From the NCBI GenBank assembly GCA_965223705.1, contig OZ245015.1, forward strand, positions 576,001-640,000: 64,000 bases of DNA. Reading direction: 5' to 3'. This DNA is from Myxococcota bacterium. Lineage in GTDB: Bacteria; Myxococcota_A; UBA9160; UBA6930. Each line of letters begins with the position of its first letter. The stretch's first letter is position 1. Positions 18,441 to 26,170 of the stretch are shown here, one piece after another. The notes under the pieces are model-generated. The model was not told the DNA's origin. It worked only from the letters and a program-made list of their open reading frames with translations, and did no database searches. The position numbers were made by a program, and so were the translations under genes.

Positions 18441-18505
18441 TGGATGGTTCCTTTGGTGGGATCGTTTTCAAACTCTCTGTCGCGCCCCTGCGCGACTTGC
18501 TGAGG

Positions 18506-18533
18506 AGTCGTTCGCCGGCCGCTTCCGGATCAC
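18506..18533 (-). promoter_or_regulatory. ECF-type promoter (paralog D)
   Basis: GTGATCC ggaagcggccggcgaa CGACT. Confidence 0.78.
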
Positions 18534-18573
18534 CCGAGCTCATTTTTTTCAGCGCGATCGCGATTTTTTCCAG

Positions 18574-18614
18574 AAAAGAAAAAGGCGCCGGCTCGAGGGG
18601 AGGAGCCGGCGCCT
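18574..18614 (-). terminator. Intrinsic terminator after paralog E
   Basis: AGGCGCCGGCTC/GAGCCGGCGCCT stem + TTTTCTTTT. Confidence 0.8.
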
Positions 18615-18639
18615 CGGGAGAGGAGGAGAGCTTTCGGGG

Positions 18640-18975
18640 TTAGTTCTTCTCCTCGCAGTGGGTCGCGGGGCCGATCGACGCGACGCTCGTGCAGGCGCGC
18701 GATCCACTGTGGCTGGCCTCGGTCCAGACGTCGCGTACGGAGACGTCGATCTTGACCGGACCCTCGATCTTCGTGTCGTCGTGGATCGACGCGACGCTCG
18801 AGTAGGCGACGGCGTTGGCGGCCGTGGCCTTCGTCGTAACGTCCCGGACTTCCACGGTAATTTCGACCCGATCCTTGATCACGGTCGAGAAGTCACCGGC
18901 GAAGCTCGCGGTGGCGAACGACATCGACACGATGCTTAGGGTGATAGCGGCGATGAGGGCGAAGGCGCGGAGCAT
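18640..18975 (-). CDS. Secreted two-repeat beta-rich protein, divergent paralog E (111 aa)
   Basis: AGGAG RBS, signal peptide, clear 37-aa internal repeat (VRDV.T.A....A.SSVASI / VRDV.T.A....ACTSVASI), Cys pair. Confidence 0.85.
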   Translation of the reverse strand: MLRAFALIAAITLSIVSMSFATASFAGDFSTVIKDRVEITVEVRDVTTKATAANAVAYSSVASIHDDTKIEGPVKIDVSVRDVWTEASHSGSRACTSVASIGPATHCEEKN

Positions 18976-19031
18976 GGCTTTTCTCCTGGCTTGTTGATGT
19001 CGCTGGCCGCGCATCTCGCGGCTCGTTCCGA

Positions 19032-19059
19032 AGTCGCGGGCACTTCCCGTTTGGATCAC
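19032..19059 (-). promoter_or_regulatory. ECF-type promoter (paralog E)
   Basis: GTGATCC aaacgggaagtgcccg CGACT. Confidence 0.78.
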
Positions 19060-19144
19060 CGCGAAGGAAAAAACGATTTATCCCCACGGGGCAGTGCGGT
19101 ACAGTACGATCGAGTCCTCGGTTAGAGAGGGTCGGCGACAAGCG

Positions 19145-20017
19145 ATGGATCGAGAACAGTGGAAGACAGTTCTCAACGCGGCGAGCGACGGCGACGCGCC
19201 CGCCTTGCTTCAGCTGACCCGCCAGGTCAGCCGGCTCCTCGAGGAGTACGGCGCCTACACCGTCCGTAAGGAGTGGGCCGAGGACGTCCAGAAGATCACG
19301 GCAGCGGTTCTCGAGGGATGGGCCGAGGGTGGAACCCTCGCCGCGGACACCCATATCGAAAGCGTCACCAAGAACCGTTTTTGGGGTCAGATTCTCGATC
19401 TGATGACCCAGAACGATATGAAGGCGGGCCAGCTCTTCTTTCCGACCGTTCGCCGTCTACTCGGCAAGTGGGACGGGGCCCGGCGCGCCGAGGCGCAATG
19501 GGACGACATCGTTCAGGAGACCGCGCACCAGCTCTGGGAGAGCTGGATGAAGGGTGGGGTGAAACGCCCCTGGTCGCTGCTGTGCACCATCGCGAAACGC
19601 CGTTATCTCGACAAAATCCGCGCCGAGCGCCACACGGAAGAAATCGAGGATGAAGCTTCTGAGGAGCTGGGTGACAGCCCCGGCGAGCTCTTCACCGAAC
19701 AAGCCCTGGCCGTCCTCGAAGAAGAGGAGCGGCAGGTCATTGTCCAAATGGACATCGAGGGCAGGACGCGCGTCGAAATCGCGGATTCTCTCGGCGTGAC
19801 CGAAGGCCAGGTGCTTTCGACGCGCCGGGCGGGGTTGCGCCGCATCTGGAGATGGCTCGGCCGCGACCTTCCACCGACCTCGCGCGCCGTCTGGGAGGAG
19901 ATGTTCAAAGGCGCGCGGCGAATTCCCCCGGAGGAAGTGGCCGCCAAGCTCAGTATGGAGACCGCCGAGGTCGTCGAGATCCTCGAAGAGGCGCGCGTCC
20001 TCACGGGGCTCGCATGA
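19145..20017 (+). CDS. ECF-type sigma-70 factor with N- and C-terminal extensions
   Basis: Region 2 (WDDIVQET...LCTIAKRRYLDKIR), region 4 (LEEEERQVI..EGRTRVEIADSLGVTEGQV); adjacent anti-sigma. Confidence 0.82.
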   Translation: MDREQWKTVLNAASDGDAPALLQLTRQVSRLLEEYGAYTVRKEWAEDVQKITAAVLEGWAEGGTLAADTHIESVTKNRFWGQILDLMTQNDMKAGQLFFPTVRRLLGKWDGARRAEAQWDDIVQETAHQLWESWMKGGVKRPWSLLCTIAKRRYLDKIRAERHTEEIEDEASEELGDSPGELFTEQALAVLEEEERQVIVQMDIEGRTRVEIADSLGVTEGQVLSTRRAGLRRIWRWLGRDLPPTSRAVWEEMFKGARRIPPEEVAAKLSMETAEVVEILEEARVLTGLA

Positions 20018-20037
20018 GGGAAAAAACTCGCTGTGAA

Positions 20038-20065
20038 GTGATCCGGAACGTCCACTGGCGCGACT
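20038..20065 (+). promoter_or_regulatory. ECF-type promoter for anti-sigma gene
   Basis: GTGATCC ggaacgtccactggcg CGACT, A-tract upstream. Confidence 0.75.
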
Positions 20066-20129
20066 TGGGTCCAGGGGAAGGTGGGTCATCGAACCCGCCG
20101 ACAGGAGCCTCGACGAAAAGGATCGTCCC

Positions 20130-20912
20130 ATGACCAGCAAGGCCCACGAGCCTGACTTCGAAGACCGACTCGAGCGGTCCACCGGTGCCCGCCTGCGCGG
20201 CGAAGACCCGCGCGAGCTGACCTGGCACCCCTCGGACAGCGAGTTGCTCGCGTTCCACGCAGAGCCTCGCGGGATGGAGGCCTCATTGCGGTCCCGCATC
20301 CGCGATCACTTCGGGAGCTGCGGATCGTGCCGCGATGCGTTCGCGGCGTTCTCGGTACTGGCCGCCGCGCCTGCGCCCGAGGTGGCGCGCGCAGCGGCCG
20401 CCGATTCTCCTTCTCTGCTCGAGCGCTTGTTCGAGCCGTTCCGCGCGATGTTCGCGCAGCCCGCCTTGGTCTCGGCCATGGTCGCGGTCTTCGCCGTCGC
20501 GGGTTTTCTCGCGATCGACCCGATCGATCCGGGCCCCGGTGAGGGCACCCGGGGCGTGTATCCCATCGAACGCACGCCCTCGGTCGATCCCGGCACGCTC
20601 GGTTCGGCGACCGTCACCCTGGCGAGCGGCTTTCCGACGCGAGTCGAAGCCGATGCGTTGTCGGGTTCTCGGGAAGTCGTCCTCGAGCTCCTCGCGCCTT
20701 CGACGCTTCCGGCGGGGCCCGAGTTCACGGTCCGCTTGATGGGGCCCGAGGGGGCCCGCGAAGCGGTCGCCCAGCTCGGCGAAGAAGCTCCGCCGCGGAT
20801 CGCCGCGATTTTTCCGGCCGAGGCTCTGACGCCCGGCGCGTATCGGGTGACGGTCTTTCTACCCTCCGACGCGACGTCCGCGCTCGCGACCTACGAACTC
20901 GAGATCGAGTGA
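20130..20912 (+). CDS. Zinc-binding (zf-HC2/ZAS) transmembrane anti-sigma factor
   Basis: HPSDSELLAF, HFGSCGSC (HxxxCxxC), one TM, periplasmic Ig-like tail (LTPGAYRVTV...YELEIE). Confidence 0.82.
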   Translation: MTSKAHEPDFEDRLERSTGARLRGEDPRELTWHPSDSELLAFHAEPRGMEASLRSRIRDHFGSCGSCRDAFAAFSVLAAAPAPEVARAAAADSPSLLERLFEPFRAMFAQPALVSAMVAVFAVAGFLAIDPIDPGPGEGTRGVYPIERTPSVDPGTLGSATVTLASGFPTRVEADALSGSREVVLELLAPSTLPAGPEFTVRLMGPEGAREAVAQLGEEAPPRIAAIFPAEALTPGAYRVTVFLPSDATSALATYELEIE

Positions 20913-21130
20913 TGCACCGTCTTCTCGTCGCCGCGGCGTTTCTCGCGCTGGCGTGCGTCGACGGCGGACGAAGCCCCGAAGCGAGTCTCGACGGTGCGCT
21001 GCACGTGACGTGTCGCGGGGCTGGCACAGCCGTGACGGTGATTGGATCGCGCGCCGCAGACGCAGGGCGCGTCGTCGCCCGGGACGTTCGGACCGACGCC
21101 GGACGCGGCAGCCGCTGCGAAGAGTCCTAG
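20909..21130 (+). CDS. Possible small lipoprotein
   Basis: Lipobox-like LALAC, start coupled to anti-sigma stop. Confidence 0.4.
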   Translation: MMHRLLVAAAFLALACVDGGRSPEASLDGALHVTCRGAGTAVTVIGSRAADAGRVVARDVRTDAGRGSRCEES

Positions 21131-22311
21131 ACGGCTCGCTTCTCTCTGAATCCAGCGATCTCAGTCGCACTGAATCCCAGCTCGACGAGGATCTCGTCGG
21201 TGTGTTCGCCGAGCTCCGGAGCCCGATCGCGGATTTCGGCGGGTGTCCGAGACAGTTGGACCGGGGTCGTGGCGAGAGGCGCCGGCGCGCGCAGGCCCGG
21301 GAAATCGACTCCGGCGAGGAAGCCCGCGGCCTGAATATGCGGGTCGTCGAGCGCCTGCTGGGGGGAGTAGACCGGACCCGCCGGGATGCGCGCGGCCTCG
21401 AGCTCGGAAATCGCTTGGGCGGTGGTTCGCTCAGCGCACCACGCCTGCATTCGTTCGCTCAGAAGTTCGCCGTTCTCACCGCGCTTCCTGTCGTCGGCGA
21501 AGCGGGGATCTTCAAGCCACGCCTCCGCTCCGACGAGTTCTGCCCAGCGCCGGAACAGTGGCTCGCCGATCACCTGGGCCATGATCCAGCCGTCGCGCGT
21601 TTGAAACGCGTCGGAAGGGCCGGCGAGTTGGTTGCGGTTCCCGGTGCCGACGCGGTTGGGCGCGTCGAGGGCCTGCTCGATGAGATACGCGTTCGAGACC
21701 GTCAGCGCGCTCGCCAGGAGCGAGCCCGAAACCACTTGTCCTTCGCCCGATTTCTGACGCTCGAGGATCGCCATCACCGTGCCGAAAGCGTGGAGGATCG
21801 CGGTGGTGAAGTCGACGTAGGGCATTGCGGATTTCATCGGGCTTTCTGCGTCTCCGCCGAGATGCATGTTGCCCGACATCGCCTGGCCGATCGCGTCGAA
21901 GCCGACGCGCTCGCTGTAGGGTCCGCCCGCACCGTACGCCGTAATGTGCGTCAAGATGATGTCGGGCTTGATCGAACGGAGATGCTCGTAGTCGAGCCCC
22001 ATCGACTCGAGCGTCTTCCCGGGCAAGTTCGCGACGACGACGTCGGCGGTCGCGACCAGCTTTCGCACGATTTCCCGACCCTCGGGCTTCATCGGATTCA
22101 AGGTCATGCCGCGTTTGTTGCGCCCGCACTGGAGAAAGAGTGCGCCTTGGCCGCTGCCGCCCACCGGCGAGACGTGACGGTCCTCACCGCCGTCGACGCG
22201 TTCGATCCGTATCACTTCCGCGCCGTAGTCCGCCAGTAGCGTCGCGCAGTACGGACCCGCGATGTAGCGACCAAAATCGAGGACCCGAATTCCGTCTAAA
22301 ACACCGCGCAT
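21127..22311 (-). CDS. CaiB/BaiF family (class III) CoA-transferase
   Basis: LDGIRVLDFGRYIAGPY, RNKRGMTLN, ADVVVAN, APELGEHTDEIL. Confidence 0.93.
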   Translation of the reverse strand: MRGVLDGIRVLDFGRYIAGPYCATLLADYGAEVIRIERVDGGEDRHVSPVGGSGQGALFLQCGRNKRGMTLNPMKPEGREIVRKLVATADVVVANLPGKTLESMGLDYEHLRSIKPDIILTHITAYGAGGPYSERVGFDAIGQAMSGNMHLGGDAESPMKSAMPYVDFTTAILHAFGTVMAILERQKSGEGQVVSGSLLASALTVSNAYLIEQALDAPNRVGTGNRNQLAGPSDAFQTRDGWIMAQVIGEPLFRRWAELVGAEAWLEDPRFADDRKRGENGELLSERMQAWCAERTTAQAISELEAARIPAGPVYSPQQALDDPHIQAAGFLAGVDFPGLRAPAPLATTPVQLSRTPAEIRDRAPELGEHTDEILVELGFSATEIAGFREKRAV

Positions 22312-22434
22312 GTGGGACTTCTCCTGTATTCTCGGCCCGGGGTGGGCCTCACGAGTATAGAGCCGTCGCGGGGCCCCGGTTGAAGACTGGGGCTCGTCGG
22401 CTCGTCAAACCCTTTTCACCCTCTCGGAGGCTTC

Positions 22435-22950
22435 ATGACCACCGTACGCCGCTACTTACCCGCGCTTGTCTTGGCATGCTGCAGTTCCCTCTTCGCGACG
22501 TTCCCCGCCCTGGCCGAAGAAGGGGCGACGAAGGTCGCGGACGGACGCCAGGTTTCCATCGAATACTCGCTCAAAATGGACGACGGGACCGTCGTCGACG
22601 AAAACGTCGGCCGGGACCCGCTGCGCTTCGAGCAGGGGAAAGGCCAGATCCTTCCCGCCCTAGAAGCAGAGCTCGCGGGCCTCGAGGCCGGGGACGAAAA
22701 GCACGTCACGTTGCCGCCCGAAAAAGGGTACGGCGCTGTGAACCCCGACGCCTACCACACGGTGCCGGCCGAGAAGATCCCCGAAGAGGCTCGGAAGGTC
22801 GGCGCGGTCCTGATGGCGCAGGGCGCCAACGGGCAGCAGCGGCCGATGCGGGTCCACGAAGTGAAGGGAGATGAGATCGTGATGGATCTCAATCACCCGC
22901 TGGCGGGGAAGACGCTCCACTTCGATATCAAGATCGTTTCCGTCGAATAG
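22435..22950 (+). CDS. FKBP-type peptidyl-prolyl isomerase, SlyD/SlpA-like, with signal peptide
   Basis: VSIEYSL, G.GQILPALE, LPPEKGYG, DLNHPLAGKTLHFDIKI. Confidence 0.9.
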   Translation: MTTVRRYLPALVLACCSSLFATFPALAEEGATKVADGRQVSIEYSLKMDDGTVVDENVGRDPLRFEQGKGQILPALEAELAGLEAGDEKHVTLPPEKGYGAVNPDAYHTVPAEKIPEEARKVGAVLMAQGANGQQRPMRVHEVKGDEIVMDLNHPLAGKTLHFDIKIVSVE

Positions 22951-22969
22951 GGACACGTTTGCGGAAGAC

Positions 22970-23100
22970 CGAGGCCGGGCCGGGGCAGGTGGGGGCACCG
23001 TGCGGGGACATCCTCGCGCCGACCGGGTGACGAGATCCTTCGCGCGCTTCGGCGGCGCTGCGGAACTGCGCGCGGTACCCCCACCTACCCCGGCCTCGCG
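22970..23100. repeat. ~130-bp structured dispersed repeat, copy 2
   Basis: Shares GTGGGGGCACCGTGC, ACATCCTCGCGCCGA and TCGGCGGCGCTGCGGAACTGCGCGCGGTACCCCCAC with copy 1. Confidence 0.8.
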
Positions 23101-23108
23101 GCACCCAG

Positions 23109-23858
23109 CTAGCGTCCAGGCCAACGGGGGTCGCGTCGCTCGAAGAACGCGGCCACACCTTCTTTTCGATCCTCGGATTCTTCCATCACGGCTCGCGCAT
23201 CGGCGGTTGCGCTCCAGCCGAGCTCGTCGCTTTCGGAGATCACGCGATCGATGGCCTTCAGCGATTGCTGGACGGCGACCGGTGAGTTCTCGGTGATCCG
23301 TTCCGCGAAAGCGATGGCCTCTTCGAGGGCCGTGCCCGCGGGCACGATTCGATTGACGACGCCGAGGCGTTCCATGCGATCGGCGCCGACCGGCTCGCCG
23401 GTAAAGATCATTTCCTTCGCGACGTTGACCGGTAGATGTCGCGGCGCTCGGAAGATTCCGCCGCTCGTCGGCAACAGGCCGCGCTTCACTTCGGGAAGCC
23501 CGAAGCGCGCGTTGTCCGCGGCCACGATGACGTCGCAGGCCAGGGCGGTTTCAAAACCGCCACCGAACGCGAGACCTTCCACGGCCGCCACCAATGGCTT
23601 GATCCGCTGGCGCCGGATGATTCCGTACTCGCCACCCCGAGGCGTCGGCGGCCCCGAGGTCTTTTTCATGTCGGTTCCCGCGCAGAAGTAGCGAGTTCCC
23701 CCGGTGAGCACGCCGACCCAGAGCTCCGGGTCGTCGTCGAGCTCGTTCAACGCCGCGTCGAGCGCAGCCGTCATTTCTTCGTCGATCGCGTTGCGTTTGT
23801 CTTCGCGCGTCATGGTGATGATGAACACGCGTCCGCGGCGTTCGGTTGTTGCTCTCAT
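23109..23858 (-). CDS. Enoyl-CoA hydratase/isomerase
   Basis: FCAGTDMK, KPLVAAVEGLAFGGGFE, FGLPEVKRG. Confidence 0.9.
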   Translation of the reverse strand: MRATTERRGRVFIITMTREDKRNAIDEEMTAALDAALNELDDDPELWVGVLTGGTRYFCAGTDMKKTSGPPTPRGGEYGIIRRQRIKPLVAAVEGLAFGGGFETALACDVIVAADNARFGLPEVKRGLLPTSGGIFRAPRHLPVNVAKEMIFTGEPVGADRMERLGVVNRIVPAGTALEEAIAFAERITENSPVAVQQSLKAIDRVISESDELGWSATADARAVMEESEDRKEGVAAFFERRDPRWPGR

Positions 23859-24322
23859 CCTGTGTCGTCCTTTTCGAGATCGCCGAGGAGTTTCGGAAGC
23901 CACGGCGCGAGATGCAGGGAACGGAGTTCATCAAGCGCGACGTAGCGCAGAGAGTGAAATTCTTCCCGGTCGGGACGAAGCTCTCCCGACCGCACCGTTC
24001 CCTGATAGACCGCGATCATATAGGAAGTGCGGTCGCCGTTCGGGTACACGACCGTGCAATCCGGCCCGCCGTAGACGCCGACGATCCTGTCGATCGAAAC
24101 GGTGAGCCCCGTTTCTTCGCGGACTTCCCGGATCGCCGCCGCTTCCGGTTCCTCCTCCGGCTCGACGGCGCCACCCGGGACGACGTGCACGTCTCCCGAG
24201 GCGTGGCGGCCGACGAGGAGTCGGCCGCGCTCGTCGAACAGCGCGACACCGACCGCCGGGACCCCGAGCAGCTGATTCCCGACCTTCTCTCGGAGCCCCT
24301 TCATGTAGGGCGACATCCCCAT
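23855..24322 (-). CDS. NUDIX hydrolase
   Basis: Nudix box GGAVEPEEEPEAAAIREVREETG; YPNGD. Confidence 0.9.
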   Translation of the reverse strand: MGMSPYMKGLREKVGNQLLGVPAVGVALFDERGRLLVGRHASGDVHVVPGGAVEPEEEPEAAAIREVREETGLTVSIDRIVGVYGGPDCTVVYPNGDRTSYMIAVYQGTVRSGELRPDREEFHSLRYVALDELRSLHLAPWLPKLLGDLEKDDTG

Positions 24323-24326
24323 GGAA

Positions 24327-25247
24327 CTACGGTTCCGGATCGACGAGGTGACCCTTGGCGTCGCGAATCTCCGGGCCGTTAACGCGCGCGCGACCGTCGC
24401 CGAATTGCGCATCCCGCCTCCGCAGGGTTTCGCGCAGACCGTGCTCTTTCACGGAAGCGAGAAAGCCCCGCGCAGCGCGCGTGTTGTGTCCGCGCACGTC
24501 GTTTTCCGCGGCGAGCCGCTGGAGCGTGCGCGCGCCCATCAGCTCGAGCCCGAGATTGATGATCCGCTTGTTCGCGGCCAGGAGATCCGGATCGATCGCG
24601 TGGAGGCGATCCGCAAGCTGCTCGACTTCTCGCTCGAGGTATTCAGGTGGCACCGCCTTCATGGCGAGGCCCAACTCCTGCGCTTCGCGCCCAGTGATCG
24701 AGTCGCCGGTCAACAGCAGACGTTTCGCCCACTGCGGGCCTACGTGGTAGATCCAAAAGTTCGAGGGCAGCGCGCCCAGATCACGCGCTGGCGGGAAACC
24801 GAAGGTCGCGTCGTCCGCGGCGATTACGAGATCGCAGAGGAGCGCGATATCGGTGCCGCCGGCGAGACAGTAGCCGTGGACCTGGGCGATGCTCGGCTTG
24901 TGCATATCGAAGAGCGCCATGCGCATCCGCTGCGCGCGTTCGAGCCGCCACGCGTCGTCATCGAAACTCGAGAACTCATGCCCGCGGTAGCGATGCTCGT
25001 CGGATTCGACCCGCGAAACCGGTACGTGCGCGCCGCCACCCGCCAGGTCATAGCCGGCGGAGAAGGCCCGGCCCGCGCCACGCAAGATCACGCAGTGGAC
25101 GTCGCGTCGGTTGTCCGCCTCCCACAGGGCTTCTTCGAGCTCCTTCTGCATCTCGAGAGAGATCGCGTTCAACTTGTCCGGCCGGTTCAGCGTAATCCGC
25201 GCGCGGCCCTCGTCTACTTCGTACGTAATGCTCGAAAAAGCGCTCAT
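24327..25247 (-). CDS. Crotonase/enoyl-CoA hydratase family protein
   Basis: LNRPDKLNA, AFSAGYDL, KPSIAQVHGYCLAGG. Confidence 0.9.
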   Translation of the reverse strand: MSAFSSITYEVDEGRARITLNRPDKLNAISLEMQKELEEALWEADNRRDVHCVILRGAGRAFSAGYDLAGGGAHVPVSRVESDEHRYRGHEFSSFDDDAWRLERAQRMRMALFDMHKPSIAQVHGYCLAGGTDIALLCDLVIAADDATFGFPPARDLGALPSNFWIYHVGPQWAKRLLLTGDSITGREAQELGLAMKAVPPEYLEREVEQLADRLHAIDPDLLAANKRIINLGLELMGARTLQRLAAENDVRGHNTRAARGFLASVKEHGLRETLRRRDAQFGDGRARVNGPEIRDAKGHLVDPEP

Positions 25248-25312
25248 CGAAACTCCTGACTCACCGGGTCGCGGCTACTCTATCACCGCAACCCCACGGA
25301 GCTTAAGCACAC

Positions 25313-26170
25313 ATGAAGCGGTTAGAGGGAAAGACGGCGGTGATCACGGGAGCGGCGAGCGGGATCGGAGCGGCGACGGCCGAACGCTTCGTCGCCGAGG
25401 GCGCGCGCGTCGTGATCGCCGATATCCAAGACGACATCGGTGAGGCGGTCGCTGCGGGGCTCGGCGACCACGCGGTCTATCGGCACTGTGACGTGATCGA
25501 AGAAGCCGATGTCCGCGGTGCGATCGAGGAGGCCACCCGCCGCTGGGGACGGCTCGACGTGCTGTTCAACAACGCGGGGTTCGCGGGCGTTGCCGGTCCG
25601 ATCGAGGAAGTGACGACCGAGAGCTACGACAACACGATGAACGTGCTCCTTCGCAGCGTCTTCTACGGAATGAAGCACGCCGCGCCGATCATGAAAGAGC
25701 AGCGCTCGGGAAGCATCATCAGCACCGCGAGCGTGTGCGGCATTCAGGCCGGGATCGGTCCGCATCTCTACACGGCGGCCAAGGCCGGTGTCGTGTCGCT
25801 GACGGAATCCGCGGCCCTCGAGTTCGCGGAATGGAACGTTCGCGTGAACGCCATTTGTCCCGGCTACATCGCGACTCAGCTCGCCGCGGGTCGCTCACTT
25901 TCCGACGTGTCGGCGGAAGAGGCCGCGCGTCGCCTCGATCTCACCCGCGACATCGTGAAGGATTCGCAGCCCATCGCGCGCATGGGTGAGCCCGAGGACA
26001 TCGCGGCAATCGCCCTGTTTCTCGCGAGCGACGAATCCGTTTGGATGACGGGGACCGCCCAAGTGATGGACGGCGGACTCATGGCGGGAAAGCCCTGGCG
26101 AAAACAGCCCAGCGCGCTGACCGAGAACCGTCCCATCCGCATGTACGACCCGGCTGAGCGCAAGCGCTAA
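25313..26170 (+). CDS. Short-chain dehydrogenase/reductase
   Basis: TGAASGIG, NNAG, YTAAK, VNAICPG. Confidence 0.93.
   Translation: MKRLEGKTAVITGAASGIGAATAERFVAEGARVVIADIQDDIGEAVAAGLGDHAVYRHCDVIEEADVRGAIEEATRRWGRLDVLFNNAGFAGVAGPIEEVTTESYDNTMNVLLRSVFYGMKHAAPIMKEQRSGSIISTASVCGIQAGIGPHLYTAAKAGVVSLTESAALEFAEWNVRVNAICPGYIATQLAAGRSLSDVSAEEAARRLDLTRDIVKDSQPIARMGEPEDIAAIALFLASDESVWMTGTAQVMDGGLMAGKPWRKQPSALTENRPIRMYDPAERKR

Noticed and set aside
16670..18975. Calling the paralogs CsgA/CsgB, FapC or type IV pilins
   Set aside because: No curlin or Fap N/Q repeat signatures; ordinary Sec signal rather than a prepilin G|F...E motif
16670..18975. RiPP precursor array
   Set aside because: Sec signal peptides, conserved full-length repeat body, and no modifying enzymes or peptidase-ABC exporter nearby
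16548..19059. Integron cassette array or CRISPR-like reading of the repeated intergenic hairpins
   Set aside because: Hairpins have T-tracts typical of terminators, no attC-type ends or integrase seen, and the genes are paralogs with their own promoters
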